Assembly (NCBI GenBank): GCA_028023455.1
Contig: JAQFVV010000006.1
Span: forward strand, 17,670,001-17,734,000
DNA: 64,000 nt
From: Epiperipatus broadwayi
Lineage: Eukaryota > Animalia > Onychophora
Direction: 5' to 3'
The stretch's first letter is position 1. Each line of letters starts with the position of its first letter. Shown here piece after piece: positions 53,826-64,000 of this stretch. Made by a program: the position numbers and the translations under genes. The notes under the pieces were generated by a model. The model made no database searches. It had not been told where the DNA came from and saw only the letters and a program-made list of their open reading frames with translations.

Positions 53826-53989
53826 AAGTAGGCACTAGATGGGGATGTTATGCACAAGCCTTCTGGCATCCATTGATTACTCTGGCTTGCACTGAGTGGC
53901 AGTATGTATAGAGAGTTTTGCCTGTTTTAAAACCTTTATAATATATTTTACATCATTTTGACATCCTTATATATATATATATATATATA

Positions 53990-55905
53990 ACAATATAAAA
54001 TCACATATTATGCATTTCCAAAGTTTCAACTGTTTTTTTTTTTTCACCATTATAGTCATTTTCAAGGACCTATGACAAAAAAACACATATCTCTACACAA
54101 TATTCTAAATACAAATCTCTTTCATATATTAAATATCAATACATCAAATTCACAATAATAAAACATATTAACTATACATTATTATATTACTTAATCTTCC
54201 TCCCTCTTCTCCCTTTATTATAAAACTTCCTTTTTTACATATTAAGTATAAATTTTCAAAAAAATATTAGAAACCATCTAAAACACCAATAAACAAAATA
54301 CTATTTAAATCCATTTAACCCACCCCTAATTACAAATTTATTCCTCCTTTAACTATTTTATCTAACTTCCATATCAATTATCTACAATTCCTATCTATAC
54401 TTTTAAATCTATTAAAAAACTTAATGTAAATTATTTCTCTATCCTTTAACAATTTACTTAAATACTATTTAAACATTCCATATTAATTACATTTTATTTT
54501 ATATTCCTATCTAACACCATTAATCCTATTTAAAACAGGTTTATATCTTTTTATGTAAAAATATTCTTTTACCATCCTTTCTCTATAGTTTTTAACCTTT
54601 TCCAACATTCTAATATCAAAATTTTTTTGTCCAAATTCTTCATAATGTATATATACTTTGGAATTTCTATCATTTAAATATTGTTTAAATCTAGTTTTTA
54701 ATCTATTTTTTGTTGTACCAATATATGATATATTTTTCCCTCCCTCTTACAATTCAACCATTCTATAATATAAATTTCATTCATTTTTTCCATTTCTTGA
54801 TATTCTGTTTTATTAATTAAATTCCCTAAATTAATTTTCTTCTTATATACAGGTTTAAGAATTAATCTACTTTCCCCCTTATATTTATTATTTATGTTCT
54901 TCATAATCTTTTTAATCTCAAAAAATGTACTTCTTGAAACATTATAACTACTATATATTATATTCTGTATATCTTTCTTATTATTCCTCTTTCTTATTAT
55001 TTGTGTAATATTTTTTATCGCATAATTTATCAATAACTTTAACAGGATAATCATTTTTTATACCTTCCTCCTTTATATTATTAATTTCTTTTTTAAATAA
55101 TTTTTCTTCAGAACCTAAATTTATTGCTCTATTTATCCTATTATTAATAATATTTATTTTATGTTCATAATCAATATCTGAACCCCAATTACATAACAAC
55201 CCATAAAAAGTATCTCTTCTAAACACACTTGTTTCAATATCAATCTTGCAATTCTTTAAAACCTTTTTTATTATAACATCCATATAATTTATTGCATTAT
55301 TTTTTCCCTTTTCCATTGTAAATTTAATATTATTATCAATTGAATTAATATACTTAACAAAATTTTCTAATTTTCTATAATTTCCATTGAATACTAAAAA
55401 ATAATCACCCACACATCTAAACACAAAATACAGGTTTATATTTTGTATTACAAAAATATTTATCTTCATAATCATTCATAAATATAGAAGCTAACAATCC
55501 ACTCAAACTATTTTCCATACTCAAACCTTTACATTGCTTGTAATATATATCATTAAACACAAATACCATATCTTTACAACATATATTTAATATATCATAT
55601 AATTGATGGCATTCCATTTTAATAGTTTTATTATTATGTTTAATGTACATTTCCATAATTACTTTAAATGCTTTAGATGGCTCTATTTATATACATACTA
55701 CATATATCAAGTTTAACAAAAAATATATTCTTATAATTATTTCTCTCTAAAAATAAATTCAAAACCTTAACAAAACCATTTGAATTACTAACATTATTAT
55801 CTTTTTTTTTATTTCTCCATATTTTTAAATTTTTTTATTATATAACCATTTCAATATACAGTATTTTCATAATACGAATCTACACTACAAATAATAGGTT
55901 TTAAT
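53990..55905 (-). mobile_element. Penelope-like element (RT + GIY-YIG), 5'-truncated, left arm of an inverted pair
   Basis: Minus: KPIICS, VKLDICSMY, FVFNDIYYKQCKGLSMENSLSGLLASIFM, INYMDV, GIYII...YHIG; many stops and frameshifts. Confidence 0.9.
54017..54068 (-). ncRNA. Minimal PLE-type hammerhead with U3-A8 core (TTGAAAA)
   Basis: Minus: TCC TTGAAAA T GACT...AGTT GAAA CTTT GGA. The mirror copy at 57420-57471 has TTAAAAA...GAAACGTTGGA. Confidence 0.55.
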
Positions 55906-55909
55906 GGTA

Positions 55910-57510
55910 TACCTAAGATTATAATAAAAATGGAATATCATCAATTACATGATATATTAAATATATGTTGTAAAGATGTGGTATTTGTGTTTAATGATAT
56001 ATATTATAAGCAATGTAATGGTTTGAGTAGATTGTTAGTTTCTATACTTATGAATGATTTTGAAGAAAAATATTTTTGTAATGCAAAATATAAACCTGTA
56101 TTTTGTGTTTAGATGTGTGAGTGATTATTTTTTAGTATTCAATGGAAATTATAGAAAATCAGAAAATTTTGTTAAGTATATTAATTCATTTGATTGATAA
56201 TATTAAATTTACATGGAAAGGGAATAAAAATAATGCAATAAATTATATGGATGTTATAATAAAAAAGATTATAAAGAATTGTAAGGTTGCTATTGAAACA
56301 AGTGCATTTAGAAAAAATACTTTTTGTGGGTTGTTGTATAATTCAGATATTGAGTACGAATATAAAATAAATATTAATAATATGATAAATAGAGCAATAA
56401 ATTTATGTTCTGAAAAAAAATTATTTAAAAAGAAATTAGTAATATAAAGGAGGAAGGTATAAAAAATGATTATCCTGTTAAAGTTATTGATAAATTATGT
56501 GATAAAAAAATATTACATGAATAATAAGAAAGAAGAATAATAAGAAAGATATACAGAATATAATATATAGTAGTTATAATGTTTCAAGAAGTACATTTTT
56601 TGAGATTAAAAAGATTATAAAGAACATAATAAATATAAGGGGGAAAGTAAATTAGTTCCTAAACTTGTATATAAAAAGAAATTTAATTTAGGGAATTTAA
56701 TGAATGAAACAGAATATCAAGAAATGGAAAAAATGAATGGAATTTATATTATGAAATGTTTGAATTGTAAGAGGGAGGGAAAAAATACATCATATATTGG
56801 TACAACAAAAAATAGATTAAAAACTAGATTTAAATAACATTTAAATGATAGAAATTCCAATGTATATATAGATTATAAAGAATTTGGACATAAAAATTTT
56901 GACATTAGAATGTTGGAAAAGATTAAAAACTATAGAGAAAAGGATAGTAAAAAAATATTTTTACATAAAAAATATTTAAACCTGTTTTAAATAGGATTAA
57001 TGGTGTTAAATAGGAATATATATAAAATAAAATGTAATTAATATGGAATGTTTAAATAGTATTTAAGTAAATTGTTAAAGGATGGGGAAATAATTTACAT
57101 TAGTTTTTTAAATTGATATGGAAGTTAGATAAAATAGTTAACAGAGGAATAAATTTATAATTAGGGGTGGGTTAAATGGATTTAAATAGTATTTTGTTTA
57201 TTGATGTTTTAGATTGGTTCTAATATTTTTTTGAAAATTTATACTTAGTATGTAAAAAGGAGGTTTTATAATAAAGGGAGAAGAGGGAGGAAGCTGTAAG
57301 TAAAATATAATAATGTATAGTTAATATGTTTTATCATTGTGAATTTGATGTGTTAATGTTTAATATATGAGATTTGTATTTAGAATGTTATGTAGAGATA
57401 TCTATTTTTTTGTTATAGGTCCTTAAAAATGACTATAATGATGGGGAAAAAAAAACAGGTGAAACGTTGGAAATACATAATATATGATTTTATATATATG
57501 TTCATATAGT
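55910..57510 (+). mobile_element. Penelope-like element, 5'-truncated, right arm of the inverted pair
   Basis: High-identity reverse complement of 53990-55640; NGIYIMKCLNCKREGKNTSYIGTTKNRL (GIY-YIG). Confidence 0.9.
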
Positions 57511-58484
57511 TAATATATGGAAATAAAGTTTTTGAAAAGAAGTTTGTAAAGTTATTTATAATGTTGGAGAATTTTAAAGAAAAAAAGTGATTGTTTCATT
57601 CAGTATTTAGTGAATAATATAAATGAAATAATTCCACATAAGAAAAGTTGGTTTTATGCTCAGCAAAATTCTGAATAAAATAAAATTTTAATATTTAAAT
57701 TTGTACTGCAGTGGTTATGTAAAGCAAACCGACAATAACAGATTTTCAAAAAAGTATTTTATAATACTTTTTCATGGAAGAGACAGCAGGCCTTATTTAT
57801 ATTTTAAAGACTATCTTAAGAGACTCTTAAAAAATTCAGCATTGGTTGCTTTCATTGGTAAGCTATAGCTGAGGATAGAACAAATATAGTGAAGAATTAT
57901 GAATAGCAAAGTGTTGAAATCTTTCAAAAAGTAAAAATTACTGAAGACATTTTACGAGTCTGTTCGTGAATTTCGTGGAACCTTTTGATCTTTTTTTTTA
58001 ATTTTCTGGACTTAAGTGATTCTTAATGATGATGATTAATGGAATTAATGTTAATATTTTAGTACGTATTTTATGTTAATTTTTTGTTTTCTATACATAT
58101 GTGTGTTTGTACTCACTATAAATTTTATGGAAATGCCTACGTATGCATTCATACTATGATTCAATATCTTTAAATATTTAGAATAAAAGTTGTTTTCGAA
58201 ATTGATTTTTTTATTTTTTTTATTTATTTATTTAAAAAGAAATGAAAAATTTTACAATCTAAAAAGTAATTAGTTTTGTGCGTGTGTGTGTGTCACATCC
58301 TATTAAAATATTATCTGAAGATGTATGTTTATTTATTAATGTCCTTTTTCTCGAATGTCGACTTTTTAAATCAATATATTAATGTAAAAATCTCTCGAGC
58401 ATTTTAAAACTCTTTTAAATAAATAATTTTTGTCTGTAAGTTTTCGTTTATTATTTTTCAAGAGGTTTTTTTTTTTTTTTTTAG

Positions 58485-58671
58485 AAATCTGGGAAATGGT
58501 GCGCAATGCATGTTAGGATAGCGTGGGAGATTTACAATCATCAACAAAAACAACAGGCAGAACTTCACAAAGAATCGGCTGGGAAATCGGACCTTCTCAG
58601 GCCTCCTAATCACATATTTAATCTACACAGGCCTCATGAAATGGGGTTACCAACCGCACTTTTAGGACCAG
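58485..58671 (+). CDS. AUTS2: Coding exon of AUTS2-family gene with the conserved Auts2 domain motif (KSGKWCAMHVRIAWEIYNHQQKQQ...LLGPG), phase 0-1
   Basis: Poly-T + ag acceptor (58483-84), GTAAAG donor at 58672. Matches the AUTS2/FBRSL1 hallmark KPGKWCAMHVxIAWxIYxHQQK. ORF-track 58506..58820 is this exon reading into the intron. Confidence 0.95.
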
Positions 58672-58854
58672 GTAAAGTATTATTAATTTTTCTGACATTA
58701 CTTTTTTGCTTGTTTCTGGAAGTTTTAATATGCATACTCACAGAAAATATGTTTCATAATTTCTTCATAATGAGGGTTAAAAAGTCCATTTTTGATGTAC
58801 AGTGGAACATTATTTTTTAAATACTAGCATGATTCATATACTTGAAGTTTAAAT

Positions 58855-59433
58855 TAATATAGGTGATTTGAATACATCCATTCTATCTTAGACAACCAAT
58901 ACACATGACCGCACACACACACATGAAAAAGATAAATGATATATGTATTTCATGTTGAACCAGTACTCATCAGTTGTACAGATCATCATCTCTCACACAC
59001 ATACATAATCAGTCCTCAGTTTATATTAAGATACTTACTGGACAGGCTTCAATCTACTCCATCCTTCAATTCTTCAGCCATCCATACCATTGAAAATATG
59101 ATGCACCCAAATTCATTGTTGATGCCAATATTATTAGTGAATTACAGTCAACATGGGCATTAATATTGGCATCATCTTCAGATTTTCATTGGTGTGGGTG
59201 GCTGAAGTGTTGGAAGATGGAATATATTGAAGTCTATCCATTAAAGTTTGAAGATTTGCTATTTTAATATAAACCAAGTCCTGATTATATATGTGTGTGG
59301 TAAATAGTGATCTGGACCAACTGATGAGTTATAGTTCAGAATGAAATATGCATAGTGGAGATCATTTATTTTTTTCATGTGTATGGTCATGTAGAAGGGA
59401 ACTTGAAAGTCTGTGTTCAAATCCCCTATATTA
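58855..59433. mobile_element. Family B hammerhead element, second head-to-head palindrome
   Basis: Same outer termini as 12002-12605 (taatataggtgatttgaa / ttcaaatcccctatatta). HHR cores at 58967-73 (minus) and 59321-27 (plus), with helix I damage. The spacer has its own IR (gatgccaatatta/taatattggcatc). Confidence 0.85.
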
Positions 59434-61142
59434 GAGTAACTTTATCTAAAACTTACATTACTAAATGTTATATGATTTATTGTTGAGTATTGGATCATCA
59501 TTGTCATTTGCATTCACTGAGAAGGCTAGCCAAAATATCATTAATGCATATTAAAGAAAGGAATACCTGCTTTCAATTGAGTAGTTGTGGATATATTTCC
59601 TTAGACTTGGGTTAATAAATTAATAGTTTATAGCCAAAGAGTATTATATTCATGGGGTTTTTTTTAAGTCAGTCCAGCAAAAGTCATCTAAGTACTCCTG
59701 TTTAACCGAGGATCATTACAGTCTGGTTAGAAATAAGTTTGACATCCCTTTTGTTTCACTACTCTTAAGTGAATAACTGATTTAGAAATTGTCTGTTTAT
59801 CTGAACTAAAGAAAACAAAAAAAGAAATCCGTGGCATGTTTATGATCTAAAAAATTTCAGAGCTTAGTTAATCCTAATTCAAACCCCAACTCTTGGCTAA
59901 TGGCATAACTAGAAAAATTGGGCTCAAAGGCAGAAAATTCAAAAGGGGTCCTATTTTGAAATTTGCAGTTTTGATTTTTAAGTTTATGGGCCCCTGGACT
60001 GTGTGGGCCTGCAGGCATTGGCTTCCTTTGCAATTTGGTAGTTATGCCATTGTTCTTGGGTGTGGCAGAGAGTTGTCAGTAGCCACACTAAACTACAAAA
60101 TTAAGTTACTTTAAAAAGATATTATATTGTGTAACAAAAAAAAAATTTCAGATGCAATATTAAAATAAATAATACTTGTGGAAAATTACTATTAACCTAA
60201 ACAGCTCTTTAATTGTAAAATTTTAAATGCATTCCCTATATTTAAAAAATCAAATACATGATACTTATAAATTGTTTGCTACAATTAGTAACATATTCTA
60301 TGATTATCATTTTTCTTACTTTGCAGAATATCTTCTACTAAAAGCTTAATAGCCTTCTCAAAGGGGAGAGAGCAGTGCCTGTATTGTAGCTATATGAACA
60401 AAGTCAGTATTTACTGTATGTAAACACTTTAGAAACAAAATATGAAAAAGTAATCACAAACTAGTTATATTTTATGTTAGAAAGTTACTGATACTCCTAA
60501 TGAATCAGAAACAGGATTCAAGATGATTCTGCCAAGAAAACTGAGAGTCTCTAATAATCACTTTCCCATATAGTTACATGTTGATAGGTTTTCGTGTACA
60601 ATGCATCAAAATCATCATCTTTTACATTAAATTCATATACTTGTTAAGTGAATTGTAATCTTTGAAATGCTATTTAATCAGAAGAAATTATTTGACCTTT
60701 TTTTTATAAATTTCCACGTGCTGTTTTAAGATATTAATAAAGTTATCAGATTTATTATGAGGTGAACAATTTACTTCCATTCTATGTATTGATAATATCT
60801 ATTTTATTAATTGGTTTATATATTTGATGCGGAAAAAAGGTAAGAGAAAAAAATTTGATTGATGATTTTAAAAAAGGAAGTAATTTTGTGAGTATTAGAG
60901 ATATTTTTATGTAGATAATTCATGGTCAGTTAGATCAAATGGTAAAATTGTTCCAATAGCTAATTAAAATGACAGAAATTGGTCTTTGATAATACACTTT
61001 CAAGCAAAAAAAATAAATACTGTCTAACCTCCAAAATAAAAATTAAATATTGCTTAACACTGTACTAATAATTGTAAAAAAAAAAATAGGAATTCATGTA
61101 ACATTACGAAATTAGCCAAATAACAAAATTTTACTGAAATTC

Positions 61143-61990
61143 TTCCACAATCATAGTTTCATCTATTAATAAATAGACCTTTTCAAGTGAAAGTCAAGAA
61201 AAATATGCAACATATATATACAAAACAAAGTATCCTTCCCGTCATTCACTTCAACAACTAACCAACTTTCTTTAACATCAAAGAATGTCTTCATGAGATT
61301 GGTGGCCTCAGATCCAAAAAATTTTATTACCAAAGTTTCTTTTAGTTTTCTTTTCAGTTCACTTTTTTCATAAAAGATAATCTCTGCATTATCAAATAAT
61401 ATTTAAGACCTGTATTCTGTTCATGAATATAAAAGGCTGAGTTATGATATCTATTTTTAATCTGCTCTTATGAGCTTTAACCCTTTCATTAACACTTAAT
61501 TTACTCTTACCTATATAAATTTTATGACAACTGCAAGGAATCTTATAAGCTATCCCAAGAATAGATTTGTTATCAATTGATTGTTTTGAACTATTTAGTA
61601 ATGAATTTAAATTCAGGTCTTGCTTCCAAGCTACTTTCATATCACCTAATAAAAAATTTATAAATTAATTTACAAATTGACAGCTTGTGTGGTAAAGAAA
61701 TGAACTCTTTATTCTCACTAACATTTCAATCTTTATTATTGGTAGATTCATAGATATTTTTATTAAATATAATATTCTTAATAAGTTCATAATTATAACT
61801 TATTTCAATATAATCAGAAGCAAATTGACTTCTTTGAATATAACTATTATTTTCAAAATTATTAAGCTTTCTATTCTTATGACAAAAATTCAATAAAGAA
61901 TGTTTCTTATGAGTAAAAGATTGATAACTATCTGGGTTTATCATATTTCTTAAACGTTTGCTTTAATAAAATGATTACTAAATAAAATTT
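61143..61990 (-). mobile_element. Second Penelope-like family, 3' fragment (GIY-YIG) ending in a hammerhead-like motif
   Basis: GIAYKIPCSCHKIYIGKSKLSVNERVKAHK; HHR-like motif at 61143-61192. Confidence 0.75.
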
Positions 61991-63719
61991 TATCAACACT
62001 TAAATCTAGAAATTCTAACTTAACAAATTCAAAAGTACCCCCTTCAATTTATCTTCCTATATGACACAAATAGCCAATATAACTTTAAAGAAATAGAAAA
62101 ACTATTAATAATATTACTCTTTTAAAAAATCACTACAGACAAAGCACATTAAAAGAGAAATATCGTAACCAATAACCTATCTCTTTAATTTTATAAAATA
62201 CATCATTACACACAAAATACATAGAGTCTTCTAATAACAATAGTAAACCATGAATAACCTTAATCTTATCTGCAGAAAAAGATTACATGTTTCTTTAAAA
62301 CAGTAAGAAACACAATAATGCTTTTTATCCTATCAGCGGATTGATATATGTTTTAAACAAATAAAAAGCTTTTAATCCTGCATTATTATTGGGGGGGGGG
62401 GTATATTGTTATTATGTACATAGAACTAATCTCTGTATAAATATAGATTTGAAAAGACTACTTATTTCACCGAATAAACAAAATTATGGTGAACAATAAA
62501 TCTCATATTGAAGATTATAAAGAAATAAGTGTTCAAAACAAGGTATCTTGGGAATATAAAATTAATTTACTTTATAAAAAGTTGTAATTCAATCTAACAT
62601 TTATTTATTTCCTTATTCATTTGTAATTCACTATGCAAGAAAGATTATAAAATTTATAACTACTTTATGGATATCCAACTTAGCACTCTTATGAATATGA
62701 CCAGCCTGTTGAAAGCAGTGCTGTAAGTAGATATAATCTTTGCTGCATAGTGGACCTTCCCAGTCTATTGATTTATAAAAAGTTATAATAGAATTAAATC
62801 AAATTAAATATTCGGTTATTATTATTGCATTGCATATATATGCACAGTGAGATCTTGATGCATTGTTTATGTATGGATCATATTTTTTGCAATCATTATC
62901 GCCTTTGTTTCACCCCAAAATCAGCTTCATGGAAATATGTTTTTTTTTTTTTTACGATCCATTATTTCTTAAACTTTTTTTTTATATATTTCTGGCTGAT
63001 GAATTACAGTCTTTTTATTTTCAAATGACTTATTTTATTAAAATAATAATCATATCTTTTTTTATATAATTCAGCGATATTTTTTAATTAAAAATGATTC
63101 GTTTAATATCTGATGATTTTTTTTTTCCAATTTTGCTGTTCTATCTTTGAAAAGGCAGCTTTTTTTTATTTTGTCTTTCTTCTAAATACTCTTAGTTAAA
63201 AACAATTAAATATCAGTTTATTTTTTTATTTTTTATAACAGTAAGATAGTAAAATAAATTAATTATTCTTTGTAATCAATTAATGCTTAAATAAAAGTAT
63301 GTTTTTAAAAAAAGTAATCTTATCTAATCATTAAAATATTAATTCTGATTTTTTAAAACATAATTACTGTGATATTAACATTAAATATATATTGTACTTT
63401 ATTATTATAAACATTAAAAGCCTAAAACTAAACTAGTCAATAAAATAATCACAATTAGCCCAAATTCGACACTAAACCAGACTTACCAAAAAAAATAAAC
63501 TCTAAAACACAGCCAGGGGTTTCACTTCTACAAGCAGACTTCTCAAGTGTAAAGGACTAAAAGATAACAAATTTATACTAAATATTACCCACAATTTTAC
63601 TTACATCCTACACACCCTTAATATTAAAAGAACTTTTAAACAAGTTAATTGTTTCAGAATCATAAATTTTTAATAATAATGATTCTTTAATTTTTTTTTT
63701 ATTTCATTTCTTTCAAAGA

Positions 63720-64000
63720 AGACTATTCCTGGAGTAATGTATATTATCCCTTGTTTGGTAAGAAGGTATATATAGGTCAGAATAGTTTGAGCTTAAATAA
63801 AAGGATAAAGGTACATAAAAATAGGGTTAGAAATAAATATCTCAGTTCTGCTTTATATATTTATGAAAAGGATACAGGCTACATTATTAGTTTTGATAAA
63901 TCTAAGGTTGTTTTCTTTGAAAGAAATGAAATAAAAAGAATGAAAGAATCTTTACCATGTTTCTCTGAAAATGAGACCTAACCAGAAAATAAGCCCTATC
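63720..64000 (+). mobile_element. Penelope-like GIY-YIG fragment (runs off window end)
   Basis: GVMYIIPC...VYIGQNSLSLNKRIKVHKNR; similar to but diverged from 61400-61570. Confidence 0.7.

Larger units (their letters stand above)
52556..53927. mobile_element. Family A retrozyme-like composite: tandem ~458-bp monomers in head-to-head inversion, 13-bp TSD
   Basis: Minus-sense arm 52556-~53173 (repeat starts at 52555 and 53013). Plus-sense arm ~53177-53927 with two HHRs. TAAAACCTTTATA at 52543-52555 and 53928-53940. Confidence 0.92.

Noticed and set aside
52556-53927. CRISPR array or other prokaryotic system
   Set aside because: Units are ~460-bp tandem/inverted monomers without unique spacers, and the context is a spliceosomal-intron eukaryotic gene.
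60327-60380. Candidate next exon after the KSGKW exon (ttactttgcag acceptor)
   Set aside because: The phase-1 continuation hits TAA after 7 codons; no AUTS2-like peptide.
61400-64000. Third head-to-head PLE palindrome (61.4 kb minus versus 63.7 kb plus)
   Set aside because: Orientation fits, but the two GIY-YIG fragments are much more diverged than the arms of the other palindromes and the intervening DNA is not mirrored. They may be independent insertions.
437-64000. The many 60-160 aa ORFs in the supplied track as independent genes
   Set aside because: They are low-complexity AT-rich chance ORFs, antisense to TEs, or TE fragments already annotated.

Overview
This is eukaryotic (animal, most likely bilaterian invertebrate) genomic DNA. 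It is very AT-rich and visibly CpG-depleted. Most of it appears to be intron of a plus-strand AUTS2/FBRSL1/tay-family gene. Three short, frame-compatible coding exons are recognisable: 36156-36200 (FEKYSKLDTSFYRQS), 46958-47062 (...HLGAFQPK) and 58485-58671 (KSGKWCAMHVRIAWEIYNHQQK...). Almost all short ORFs in the supplied track are noise or decayed transposon fragments. Ordinary repeats include a near-full-length decayed RTE LINE with several 3' fragments, tRNA-Gly-derived SINEs, hAT and Tigger MITEs and a solo LTR. There is also a CTCF site and a CpG-rich promoter-like patch. The main result is a set of hammerhead-ribozyme (HHR) retroelements. Two non-coding families (called A and B here; about 11 recognisable core copies) each carry a type I hammerhead with a palindromic mini helix III. 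Two Penelope-like (RT + GIY-YIG) elements carry a U3-A8 core variant. These elements repeatedly occur as head-to-head inverted pairs with both 3' ends pointing outward. One composite has a 13-bp target-site duplication and one junction falls exactly at the predicted ribozyme cleavage site. This suggests a retrozyme/Penelope system that integrates by priming on both ends of a break. All structures were derived by eye; ribozyme activity and novelty are untested.
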